Assembly: GCA_032126595.1 (NCBI GenBank)
Contig: JAQBAV010000002.1
Coordinates: forward strand, 1-25,256
Direction: 5' to 3'
Source: Candidatus Omnitrophota bacterium
Lineage (GTDB): Bacteria > Omnitrophota > Gorgyraeia > Tantalellales > Tantalellaceae
Length of the DNA: 25,256 bases
The notes beneath the pieces are model-generated. The model did not search any database and had not been told where the DNA came from. It saw only the letters and a list, made by a program, of their open reading frames with translations. The stretch's first letter is position 1. Every line of letters starts with the position of its first letter. A program made the position numbers and the translations under genes. Of the stretch, positions 14,985-23,213 are shown in pieces.

Positions 14985-17033
14985 GTGGCTGTTTCAACAA
15001 AAGATATTCGCAATGTTGTCTTATTAGGACATGCCGGTGAAGGCAAAACAACTCTGGCAGAAAACCTGCTTGCAAAGGGTGGTACGATCCCTAAGCCGGG
15101 AAGCGTTAGTGATGGAACGACCGTTTCCGATTATAATGACGATGAAAAGACCCGCAAGAATTCCATAAGCCTCTCAGCTATGTCTTATGAGAAAGATGGA
15201 ATTAAGGTTAATATATTCGACACACCCGGATTCTTAGATTATACGGGAGATGTAGCATCAGGTGTAGCAGCAGCCGATGCCCAGATTATGATGGTTGATG
15301 CCGTGGGAGGAACAAGAGTAGGCACTTCAAAGTTCTGGAAACTTGCCAGGGCAAAAGGCTTACCGGGACTTATTGTAGTTAATAAAATGGATAAAGATAG
15401 CGCTAATTTTTCTAAGACGCTTGCAAACATACAGACAGCGTTAGGTAAAACCTGTGTAGCGCTGCGTTATCCTAATGGCACAGGGTCATCTTTTTCAGGC
15501 ACTGCAAACCTTTTGACCGGGGAAGGTATTGACGGCCTCCAGGGCGACGACAAGGCTAAGGCGGAAACTCTTTCCAACGCGATGGTGGAAGGTGTTGCCG
15601 AGTCGGATGATGTACTATTGGAAAAATACCTCGAAACCGGCGAATTGTCCCAAGATGAATTAAAGACAGCCTTCAGAAAAGGTGTAGTTTCGGGGAAGAT
15701 TGTGCCCGTTGTTCCAGCCTCCGCTGAAAAAGGTATTGGCCTTGACGAGATAATGGATATTATTAAGAACTATATGCCCTCTCCGGAGGATGCCATTTTT
15801 GAAACTGAAGCTGAGGGTGAAGCGGAAGCTCAAAAAATTGAAGTTAAAACAGATGGACCTTTCGCGGCTCAGGTAGTTAAAACCATATCAGACCCATTTA
15901 CAGGGCAGATATCAATATTGCGTGTCGTTAGAGGCAAGGCCGTTTCTAACGCGTCAGTTAAGAATGCAAATAAAGATGTTTCTGAAAAAATAGGGCAGCT
16001 TTTCTTTCTTCAGGGCAAAAAGCAGATACAGACGGATTCAGCTGTAGCGGGGGATGTAGTTGCTGTTGCCAAACTAAAAAACACAAATACAAACGATACT
16101 CTTTGTGACGACAAAAACCCCGTTAAATTAAAGAAGACAAGTTTCCCGCAGCCAGCTGTCAGTCTTTCTATTAAGCCAAAATCAAGGTCTGACGAAGACA
16201 AGATATCGGACGTTCTTGTAAAGCTTTCAGCTGAAGATCCATCATTTTTAAGCCTTAGAGATAAACAGACCCACGAACTTGTTATCTCCGGCATGGGCGA
16301 CCTCCACTTAAAGACCATGATACACAGAATGAAAGATCGTTATGGCGTAGACGTTGAGATCGGCACTCCAAAAGTTGCCTACAAGGAAACTATTACGGGT
16401 AAGGGAGAGTCAAAATATAGACACAAAAAGCAGTCAGGGGGTTCGGGGCAATTTGCAGAAGTGTGGATGAGGGTTGAACCATTGCCGCGTGGTGAAGGCT
16501 TTCTGTTTGTTGATGAAGTTGTAGGCGGAACTATACCAAAACAGTTTGTGGGAAGTTGCGAAAAGGGTGTTTTAGGCGCTTTGGCGGAAGGTTTCCTGGC
16601 AGGGTTTCCGGCTGTAGACGTGAAGGTAATTGTTTATGACGGCAAAACGCATCCGGTTGATTCCAAGGATATCGCTTTTCAGATAGCAGCTGCTCATGCC
16701 TTCCGCGAGTCATGCGAAAAAGCTAAGCCGGCTCTTTTAGAACCCGTAATGAACGTTGAATTTATGGTGCCCGAAGAGAATATGGGTGATGTTACAGGGT
16801 CTTTGAGTACAAGACGAGGAAGAGTTCAGGGAATGGATTCTGAAGGTGGCATGCAGGTTGTCAAAGCTCAGATACCTCTTGAAGAGATGTATAAATATGC
16901 TAATGAGCTCAAATCGCTTACCGGCGGCAGGGCTACTTACACTATGAGCTTTTCTCATTATGATCCTGTTCCGCCTAACGTTGCACAGAAGGTCATAGCG
17001 GAAAACAAGAAAGAGCATAAAGCAGAAGAATAA
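14985..17033 (+). CDS. fusA: Elongation factor G paralogue (EF-G2/FusA2 type)
   Basis: GTG start after AAGGAGG; 682 aa. G1 GHAGEGKT, G3 DTPG, G4 NKMD, domain IV 'HKKQSGGSGQFA' and 'HPVDSKDIAF'. Not located in the str operon. Confidence 0.92.
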   Translation: MAVSTKDIRNVVLLGHAGEGKTTLAENLLAKGGTIPKPGSVSDGTTVSDYNDDEKTRKNSISLSAMSYEKDGIKVNIFDTPGFLDYTGDVASGVAAADAQIMMVDAVGGTRVGTSKFWKLARAKGLPGLIVVNKMDKDSANFSKTLANIQTALGKTCVALRYPNGTGSSFSGTANLLTGEGIDGLQGDDKAKAETLSNAMVEGVAESDDVLLEKYLETGELSQDELKTAFRKGVVSGKIVPVVPASAEKGIGLDEIMDIIKNYMPSPEDAIFETEAEGEAEAQKIEVKTDGPFAAQVVKTISDPFTGQISILRVVRGKAVSNASVKNANKDVSEKIGQLFFLQGKKQIQTDSAVAGDVVAVAKLKNTNTNDTLCDDKNPVKLKKTSFPQPAVSLSIKPKSRSDEDKISDVLVKLSAEDPSFLSLRDKQTHELVISGMGDLHLKTMIHRMKDRYGVDVEIGTPKVAYKETITGKGESKYRHKKQSGGSGQFAEVWMRVEPLPRGEGFLFVDEVVGGTIPKQFVGSCEKGVLGALAEGFLAGFPAVDVKVIVYDGKTHPVDSKDIAFQIAAAHAFRESCEKAKPALLEPVMNVEFMVPEENMGDVTGSLSTRRGRVQGMDSEGGMQVVKAQIPLEEMYKYANELKSLTGGRATYTMSFSHYDPVPPNVAQKVIAENKKEHKAEE

Positions 17034-17037
17034 GTTC

Positions 17038-17098
17038 AGCTATAAGTTATAAGCCGTAAGCTGTAAAAAATATAGCTTAAAGCTTAAAACTTATAGCT
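17038..17098. repeat. Hairpin built from four heptamers per arm
   Basis: AGCTATA AGTTATA AGCCGTA AGCTGTA / TATAGCT TAAAGCT TAAAACT TATAGCT. Confidence 0.85.
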
Positions 17099-17125
17099 AC
17101 GAAAAGATTAAAAAAAAGGGGCAGT

Positions 17126-17878
17126 ATGTCCGGTCATTCAAAATGGTCTAGTATTAAACATAAAAAAGGCGCTGCGGATGCTAAGCGCGGAAAGCTTTTT
17201 ACTAAGCTTATTAGAGAAATTACTGTTTCTGCCAGAGAAGGCGGAGGAGACGCTGACTCTAATCCTCGCTTAAGGCTTGCTATACAAAAGGCAAAAGAAG
17301 CTAATATGCCTGCAGATAATATTGATCGCGGAGTTAAAAAAGGTACGGGTGAGCTCGAAGGTGTAAATTACGAGAATGTATCTTTTGAAGGATATGGGGT
17401 AGGTGGAGTAGCAGTTATTGTTGAGGGTCTTACAGATAACAAAAATCGCACTACAAGCGATGTAAGAAGCATTTTCTCAAAACGCGGCGGGAATATGGCA
17501 GGAGCAGGTTCAGTAGCTTTCCAGTTCGAAAGAAAAGGTGTTTTCTTGGTTAAAAAAGAAGATGCCAAGGAAGACGAACTTATGACTGTAGCCGTTGATG
17601 CCGGGGCGGAAGACTTCAATACCGACGAAGATTATTACGAAATAGTTTGCGCTCCGCAGGACTTTGACAAGGTGCGCAGCAAACTAACTAAAAAAGGCGT
17701 AAAATTAGAATCTGGCGAACTTAGCATGGAGCCAAAGAATACAGTTAAGGTAGATGACATTGAAACCGCTACGAAGATAATGAGCCTGATAGACGAACTT
17801 GAGGATAATGATGATGTTCAGAATGTCTATGCTAATTTTGATATTCCGGATGATATTCTTAAGAAGATAGAAGAATAA
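17126..17878 (+). CDS. yebC: YebC/PmpR-family protein
   Basis: 'MSGHSKWSSIKHKKGAADAKRGKLFTK...NPRLRLAI.KAK..NMP', 'EGYG.GGV', 'DDVQNVYAN'. Confidence 0.97.
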   Translation: MSGHSKWSSIKHKKGAADAKRGKLFTKLIREITVSAREGGGDADSNPRLRLAIQKAKEANMPADNIDRGVKKGTGELEGVNYENVSFEGYGVGGVAVIVEGLTDNKNRTTSDVRSIFSKRGGNMAGAGSVAFQFERKGVFLVKKEDAKEDELMTVAVDAGAEDFNTDEDYYEIVCAPQDFDKVRSKLTKKGVKLESGELSMEPKNTVKVDDIETATKIMSLIDELEDNDDVQNVYANFDIPDDILKKIEE

Positions 17879-17883
17879 TAAAT

Positions 17884-17941
17884 GGTTCATGGTTCAGCGT
17901 TCATAGTTCATCGACGAACCACAAACCACGAACTACGAACT
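17884..17941. repeat. Hairpin built from four heptamers per arm (second sequence type)
   Basis: GGTTCAT GGTTCAG CGTTCAT AGTTCAT cg ACGAACC ACAAACC ACGAACT ACGAACT. Confidence 0.85.
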
Positions 17942-17946
17942 AAATT

Positions 17947-18429
17947 ATGAAAATACTCGGAGTTGACCCAGGATTAATACGTACCGGATATGGTGTAATA
18001 GAATCTGATGGTCCGGAAAAGATGAAACTTATTGAAGCGGGGATCGTAAAAACTTCTTCAGAAGAATCTATATCGGAAAGACTAGTCACTATTTATAAGA
18101 ACTTAACCGATGTTATTGCCGAGCATAAGCCCGAAGTTCTTGTTCTTGAAAAACTTTATTCGCACTATAAACATCCAATCACATCAATACTTATGGGCCA
18201 TGCAAGAGGCGTTATATGTTTGGCTTCAGGCGTTAATAATGTGCGGTTAGTCAGCTATCCTGCCACACGCATTAAAAAAGCAGTTACAGGTAACGGCGCC
18301 GCAGCTAAAACTCAGGTACAAAGAATGGTAAAGATGCTTCTCTCGCTTGATAAGCTTCCAGAACCCCACGATGTAAGCGATGCACTTGCCATGGCTATAA
18401 GTTATGTTTACATGGAAGGAGTGAAATGA
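17947..18429 (+). CDS. ruvC: Crossover junction endodeoxyribonuclease RuvC
   Basis: 'ILGVDPG...TGYGVI', 'LEKLY', 'KKAVTGNG.A.K.QV', 'DVSDALA'. Confidence 0.96.
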   Translation: MKILGVDPGLIRTGYGVIESDGPEKMKLIEAGIVKTSSEESISERLVTIYKNLTDVIAEHKPEVLVLEKLYSHYKHPITSILMGHARGVICLASGVNNVRLVSYPATRIKKAVTGNGAAAKTQVQRMVKMLLSLDKLPEPHDVSDALAMAISYVYMEGVK

Positions 18430-19049
18430 TATCTAGAATTAAAGGCAAGATAATAAAGTCTAAGATTGATGCCCTAAATATAGAGAATAATGGGCTTTGT
18501 TACGAAGTGTTTGTTCCGGCGGCTGTAATGAAAGCCCTGGAGAAAGAGAGTAGGTTAGACGGACAAGTTGAACTTATCACTTATCATTACTATCAAATGG
18601 AGCCTTCCAGAGGCGTACCTGTCTTAATAGGGTTTCAAAATGAGGTTGAAAAAGAGTTTTTTGAAAAGTTTATTTCTGTTTCAGGGGTAGGCCCAAAGGC
18701 GGCATGCAGAGCCTTGGCCGAACCATTTTCTTTGATAGCCGGCGCCATAGATTCCGGAAATGTTTCTTTTTTGAAGAGTTTGCCGGGAATAGGAGAGACA
18801 AGAGCCCGTCAGATCGTCGCAAAACTTCAAGGCAAGGTCGGAAAATACGGACTCATACGCGATGAATTGATGGGAGACGTTAAGGTAGATGATGATATAA
18901 GAGGTGAAGCACTAGAGGTTCTCCTGCAGCTTCAATATAAAAGAGGGGAAGCTGAGGAGATGCTTAATAAGGCGCTCGAGAGAGTATCCAATATAAAAAC
19001 AAGCGAAGAGCTCCTAAATGAAGTTTATAAAGAGAGGATACAGAAATAG
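18426..19049 (+). CDS. ruvA: Holliday junction branch migration protein RuvA
   Basis: 'MISRIKG', HhH motifs 'ISVSGVGPK' and 'LPGIGE..A..IV..L.GK', C-terminal 'EALEVLLQLQY'. ATGA overlap with ruvC. Confidence 0.95.
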   Translation: MISRIKGKIIKSKIDALNIENNGLCYEVFVPAAVMKALEKESRLDGQVELITYHYYQMEPSRGVPVLIGFQNEVEKEFFEKFISVSGVGPKAACRALAEPFSLIAGAIDSGNVSFLKSLPGIGETRARQIVAKLQGKVGKYGLIRDELMGDVKVDDDIRGEALEVLLQLQYKRGEAEEMLNKALERVSNIKTSEELLNEVYKERIQK

Positions 19050-19079
19050 GTGATGAGTTGTATGGTAAGAAATAAAAAG

Positions 19080-19169
19080 AATGACAGGTTATATATTCGG
19101 CGCTCAAACAGTCCTCGCCCCGGTTTTATCGGGGCTGCGGAACTCGCGCCGAACACATTCCCTGTCATT
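19080..19169 (+). repeat. Structured intergenic element A, copy 5
   Basis: Outer stem AATGACAGG/CCTGTCATT. Core CTCAAACAGTCCTC at 19103-19116 and CTGCGGAACTCG at 19135-19146. Inner hairpin GCCCCGG-TTTTA-TCGGGGC. Confidence 0.9.
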
Positions 19170-19188
19170 TTGCACAATTAGCATCTTA

Positions 19189-19268
19189 GGGGAGTGAGCT
19201 GTTATAATTCGGAAACGAACCATATTATCAAGACAGCGGGGTTCGTCTTCCTGGGATGGTTGGGGAGT
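19189..19268 (+). repeat. Module B, copy 2 (contains TGtTATAAT at 19200-19208)
   Basis: GGGGAG...TGTTATAATTCGGAAACGAACC...GGTTCGTCTTCCTGGGATGGTTGGGGAGT. Confidence 0.85.
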
Positions 19269-19282
19269 ATAAATAAAAATAC

Positions 19283-19350
19283 TGGTGACCCGGTGACTTG
19301 GCAACTGGTGACAACTTTTGACATGTAACTTGTGACATATGACTTTTGAC
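19283..19350 (+). repeat. TGAC-periodic 8-mer/7-mer direct-repeat array (C1)
   Basis: TGGTGACC CGGTGACT TGGCAAC TGGTGAC AAC TTTTGAC ATGTAAC TTGTGAC ATATGAC TTTTGAC. Confidence 0.85.
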
Positions 19351-19366
19351 TAATTAGGTGATAAAT

Positions 19367-20410
19367 ATGGAAAATAATAGAGAAAAATTTGTTGATGACG
19401 CTGTTAGTCCGGTAAGGAGTGCCGACACTGATGACGACGTGGTATTGAATTTATCATTAAGGCCAAAAGAGCTCAAACATTTTGTAGGGCAAAAAGACGT
19501 GGTTGACTCACTATCAATAGCTCTTAAGGCATCTGTCAAAAGAGATGAGCCCATGGAGCATTTCCTTCTTTCCGGGCCTCCTGGACTTGGAAAAACGTCA
19601 CTGGCACATATCATAGCCAATGAAAGAGGCACCAAGATAACATCCACAAGCGGTCCCGCTATCGATAGAGCAGGGGATCTTATAGGCATCCTTACAAACC
19701 TTTCAGATGGCGATATTCTTTTTATTGATGAGATACATCGCCTTTCAAAGACCGTTGAGGAATTTATTTATCCTGCCATGGAAAACTATCAGATAGATTT
19801 TCTTGTTGATAAAGGGCCTTATGCTAAAACAATAAAGTTCAATCTTAAAAGATTTACTTTGATAGGAGCTACAACAAGGGCGGGGCTCTTAAGTGCACCC
19901 TTAAGGGACAGGTTCGGTATGTTTTTACATCTGGACTTTTATTCAGTGGAAGACCTTGAAGAGATAATTAAGCGATCAGCCCAGCTTTTAGGAATACCCA
20001 TGGATGCCGAAGGCGCCAGCGAGATAGCGCGCCGCTCAAGAGGCACTCCAAGGATAGCAAACCGTCTTTTAAGGAGAGTGAGGGACTGGGTGGAAGTTAA
20101 GTCTAATGGAAGGATCACCAAAGACGCTACCTTTGATGCTTTGGCAAGCCATGGTATAGATGGGGCAGGATTAGATAAGATGGACAGGAAGCTCCTCGAT
20201 GTCATACAAACTTCGTATAAGGGCGGCCCCGTGGGCATAGACGCAATAGCCGCATCATTGAATGAGGAGACGGATACAATCGAAGATGTTGTTGAGCCAT
20301 ATCTATTAAAGATGGGTTTTTTAAGAAGGACTTCGAGAGGAAGAGAGTTGACCGAAAAAGCCGTTGAGTATCTTGGAAAGAGCCCGGGGAAACAGGGGAA
20401 GATGTTTTAG
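19367..20410 (+). CDS. ruvB: Holliday junction branch migration ATPase RuvB
   Basis: ATG 19367 after AGGTG. 'LRPK.L..FVGQ', Walker A GPPGLGKT, 'LFIDEIHRL', 'GATTRAG.L..PLRDRFG', 'RGTPRIANRLLRRVRD'. Confidence 0.98.
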   Translation: MENNREKFVDDAVSPVRSADTDDDVVLNLSLRPKELKHFVGQKDVVDSLSIALKASVKRDEPMEHFLLSGPPGLGKTSLAHIIANERGTKITSTSGPAIDRAGDLIGILTNLSDGDILFIDEIHRLSKTVEEFIYPAMENYQIDFLVDKGPYAKTIKFNLKRFTLIGATTRAGLLSAPLRDRFGMFLHLDFYSVEDLEEIIKRSAQLLGIPMDAEGASEIARRSRGTPRIANRLLRRVRDWVEVKSNGRITKDATFDALASHGIDGAGLDKMDRKLLDVIQTSYKGGPVGIDAIAASLNEETDTIEDVVEPYLLKMGFLRRTSRGRELTEKAVEYLGKSPGKQGKMF

Positions 20411-20427
20411 GGGTATTTATTTTTATT

Positions 20428-20527
20428 TCATCCTCGCTAAAAACATGCGTGGATGACGATTTTGAATTTTCCTGGTGACCCGGTGACCCGGTGACTTGGT
20501 GACCCCTTTTGACATACGACTTTTAAC
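20428..20527 (+). repeat. Module D hairpin plus TGAC array (C2)
   Basis: TCATCC-T-CGC-taaaaacat-GCG-T-GGATGA, then GGTGACCC x2, GGTGACTT, GGTGACC, TTTTGAC ATACGAC TTTTAAC. Homologous to 23279-23367. Confidence 0.8.
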
Positions 20528-20531
20528 TATT

Positions 20532-20750
20532 ATGTTTCAGATTATTGGTAAGTATTTAGTTATATTTGGACTAGTTCTAGTTGCAATCGGGGGCATTTTT
20601 TATTTCGCCGGACGTCTTCCATTGTTTGGAAAGCTACCGGGAGATATTTTTATAAAGAGGGACAATTTTACTTTTTACTTTCCTCTTACGACATGCATTC
20701 TTATAAGCATAATTTTATCAATTCTTCTTTATCTTTTCTCAAAGAGATAA
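20532..20750 (+). CDS. DUF2905-family small membrane protein
   Basis: 'IGKYLVIFGLVL...G.LPGDI.IKR.NFTFYFPLTTCILISIILS'; usual neighbour of ruvB. Confidence 0.9.
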   Translation: MFQIIGKYLVIFGLVLVAIGGIFYFAGRLPLFGKLPGDIFIKRDNFTFYFPLTTCILISIILSILLYLFSKR

Positions 20751-21934
20751 CAAAACGTCCGGTAGGAATAGCGGCGGTAGTTTTTGTTATACTTTCTGTT
20801 CTTCTATTCTTTTTCTTTTTTCCGGTTATTTCTAAAAAAACCGAGGAACCCGTACTTTTAACCCGAGTAAGGATAGCTCACGATGAAAGCAACGTAAGAA
20901 TTGTCTTGAATGATAAGTTTAGAGTAGAAGACATAAAAACCGGTGAAACATTATTGAGCGATATGTTGCCCGGAGGAGTGGTTAATGTTTCAAAAACCTC
21001 TGGTGGGATAGGCCTAAACGGTGAAACCTTTACCTCCGAAGGGGTTACTTTTATATTTGCGAGTACCGGAGGGGTAATAGTCAACGATATCCCCTATAGG
21101 GGAACGGTAGATATCGTTAAAAATAAGAAGGACCTCAATGTAATAAACATTGTAGACATTGAAGACTATATTAAAGGCGTAGTGCCGTGTGAAGTAAATC
21201 CTTTATGGCCATTTGCTGCACTTAAGGCCCAGGCTATTGCTTCAAGAAGTTTTGCGGCATATCAAACAATAGTAAGAAGAAACAAAGATTTTGATCTTAC
21301 TGCAGATACTTATTCTCAGGTCTATAAAGGAAGATTAAGAGAAACCGCGAGAACCAATAAAGCCGTTAATGATACCCTTGGCAAAGTTCTTGCCTTTAAG
21401 GGCGAAATACTTCCAGGATATTTTCATTCATGTTGCGGCGGACACACTGAAGATGCTGCCGAACTGTGGGAACATAATTTAGAGCCCCTTAAAGGAGTTA
21501 AGTGTAAATGGTGTAGAGTATCACCACACTTTAAGTGGAGGGCTAGAATAAATAAAAAGGAGTTAGCCGAAAAATTAAATAAAGAAGGATATGATTTTAG
21601 CCGTGTAACCGGACTTGCCGAAGGCGCAAGAGATGCTTCGGGACGATTAGAATATGTTACCGTTGAAGATGGTCGGAAAAAAGAAGAGATCGACATTCTC
21701 AAGTTCAGAGCAATAGTTGGCAGGAGCACACTTAAAAGTGCAAATTTTCATATCGGCGGATTTTTTAAACCCTTTTCAATTAAGGGATTTGGTTGGGGGC
21801 ATGGAGTAGGGATGTGTCAGTGGGGAGCATTCGGCCTTGCCCTAAGGCGGCGAAGTGCAGAGAAAATACTTGAGTATTACTATCCCGGGGCTGAGATAGT
21901 TGATATAAAGAAAGTGCTACCTGGTAGTTTGTAG
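20693..21934 (+). CDS. SpoIID/LytB-domain protein (peptidoglycan lytic transglycosylase-like); true start uncertain (possibly ATA at 20747)
   Basis: 'YRG...IN..DIEDYIKGVVPCE..P.WP..ALKAQAIASRS', 'QVYKG', 'FHSCCGGHTE', 'GWGHGVGMCQWGA', 'ILEYYYPG'. Confidence 0.9.
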   Translation: MHSYKHNFINSSLSFLKEITKRPVGIAAVVFVILSVLLFFFFFPVISKKTEEPVLLTRVRIAHDESNVRIVLNDKFRVEDIKTGETLLSDMLPGGVVNVSKTSGGIGLNGETFTSEGVTFIFASTGGVIVNDIPYRGTVDIVKNKKDLNVINIVDIEDYIKGVVPCEVNPLWPFAALKAQAIASRSFAAYQTIVRRNKDFDLTADTYSQVYKGRLRETARTNKAVNDTLGKVLAFKGEILPGYFHSCCGGHTEDAAELWEHNLEPLKGVKCKWCRVSPHFKWRARINKKELAEKLNKEGYDFSRVTGLAEGARDASGRLEYVTVEDGRKKEEIDILKFRAIVGRSTLKSANFHIGGFFKPFSIKGFGWGHGVGMCQWGAFGLALRRRSAEKILEYYYPGAEIVDIKKVLPGSL

Positions 21935-21954
21935 TTAGTAGTTAGGAGTTTGTA
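21924..21954 (+). repeat. Short one-armed heptamer array overlapping the spoIID stop codon
   Basis: GTAGTTT GTAGTTA GTAGTTA GGAGTTT GTA. Confidence 0.6.
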
Positions 21955-21980
21955 TCCGGTAATTTGATGAGAAAGTAAAT

Positions 21981-22991
21981 ATGAAATTAAAAGATTTTTA
22001 TTATGAGCTTCCGGAAAAGTTAATTGCGCAGGAGCCTTTAACGGAGAGGGATAGTGCGCGACTCATGATTCTGGATAGAGGAAGCAGAGAAATTTCTGAG
22101 AGAGTTTTTAGAGATGTTTATGATTACATAAATGAAGGCGATTGCCTGGTTCTTAATAACACCCAGGTTATACCCGCCAGGCTCTATGGGAAAAGAGATA
22201 CCGGCGGTAAGGTTGAGATATTTTTGCTGGATTCACAGGGAGAAGACCCAAGAGCCCTGATACGACCTTCTAAAAAGATCAAAGAGGGCGAGAAGATAGA
22301 GCTGGAGAACGGTGTAATTGCGACAGTGCTCGGCGAAGCTGACGTGGGAAGGTTCGTGAAGTTTGATTCTTCCATTGAGAAGGTTTTAGAAGGAGGCCAC
22401 GTTCCTCTTCCGCCATATATAAGGCGCGAAGATACGGCAAGGGATATTGAGGATTATCAGACAGTGTATTCGTTAAGAGCAGGCGCTACAGCATCTCCTA
22501 CGGCAGGCTTACATTTTACTAGAGACCTTCTGGATGCTTTTAGAAGAAAAGGCGTGATAATTGAACAGGTTACGCTGCACACAAGCTATGGCACTTTTGC
22601 TCCGGTAAAAGAAGAAAACATTAGAGACCATAAAATGCATTCAGAGTTCTTTGAGATGAACGAGAAAACTGCCCGTGTGATAAATAAGGTTAAAACGTCA
22701 GGTCATAAAGTTTTTGCTGTAGGCACTACATCAACAAGAGTTCTTGAGACATCGGCAGATAAAGACGGGAAGATAAGGCCCTTAAAAGGAAAAACGGACC
22801 TATTTATTACGCCAGGATATTCGTTTAAAGTGGTGGACGGATTAATAACAAATTTTCATTTGCCGGAATCTACCTTGCTTATGCTGGTAAGCGCGCTTGC
22901 AGGTAAGGATTTTATTTTCGAAGCATACAAAAAAGCCATTAACAGTAAGTTCAGGTTTTTTTCGTATGGGGATGCGATGTTGATAATTTAG
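21981..22991 (+). CDS. queA: S-adenosylmethionine:tRNA ribosyltransferase-isomerase QueA
   Basis: 'DFYYELPEKLIAQEP...RDSARLM', 'VLNNTQVIPARL', 'PLPPYI', 'DYQTVY', 'ASPTAGLHFT', 'AVGTTSTRVLET', 'TNFHLPESTLL', 'RFFSYGDAM'. Confidence 0.98.
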   Translation: MKLKDFYYELPEKLIAQEPLTERDSARLMILDRGSREISERVFRDVYDYINEGDCLVLNNTQVIPARLYGKRDTGGKVEIFLLDSQGEDPRALIRPSKKIKEGEKIELENGVIATVLGEADVGRFVKFDSSIEKVLEGGHVPLPPYIRREDTARDIEDYQTVYSLRAGATASPTAGLHFTRDLLDAFRRKGVIIEQVTLHTSYGTFAPVKEENIRDHKMHSEFFEMNEKTARVINKVKTSGHKVFAVGTTSTRVLETSADKDGKIRPLKGKTDLFITPGYSFKVVDGLITNFHLPESTLLMLVSALAGKDFIFEAYKKAINSKFRFFSYGDAMLII

Positions 22992-23020
22992 GGTAAGATT
23001 GATATTTGACAGTAAATCAT

Positions 23021-23113
23021 ATGACAGCTCATGTATTCGGCGCTCAAACAGTCCTCGAATGGCAAACATTTTTGCCATCCTGCGGAACTCGCGGCGAACA
23101 CATTCCCTGTCAT
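23021..23113 (+). repeat. Structured intergenic element A, copy 6
   Basis: Outer stem ATGACAG/CTGTCAT. Core at 23043-23056 and 23080-23091. Inner hairpin ATGGCAAA-catt-TTTGCCAT. Confidence 0.9.
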
Positions 23114-23132
23114 TTTGTACAACTACCATCTT

Positions 23133-23213
23133 AGGGGAGTGAGATGTTATAATTCGGAAACGAACCATATTATCAAGACAACGGGGTTCGTCTTCCTGGG
23201 ATGGTTGGAGAGT
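23133..23213 (+). repeat. Module B, copy 3 (contains TGtTATAAT at 23145-23153)
   Basis: Near-identical to 19189-19268. Confidence 0.85.

Noticed and set aside
20693-21934. SpoIID as evidence of sporulation
   Set aside because: SpoIID/LytB-domain proteins are widespread in non-sporulators, and the TolC/RND tripartite pump indicates a diderm cell.
21935-21980. preQ1 riboswitch upstream of queA
   Set aside because: The 46-nt gap is a heptamer array plus SD, with no preQ1 stem-loop and A-rich tail.
840-22375. Numerous antisense and alternate-frame ORFs in the track (for example 4185..4835, 3150..3530, 13525..13914, 19354..19689)
   Set aside because: They shadow long, clearly recognisable genes and have no motifs or SD. 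These are expected by-products of codon structure.
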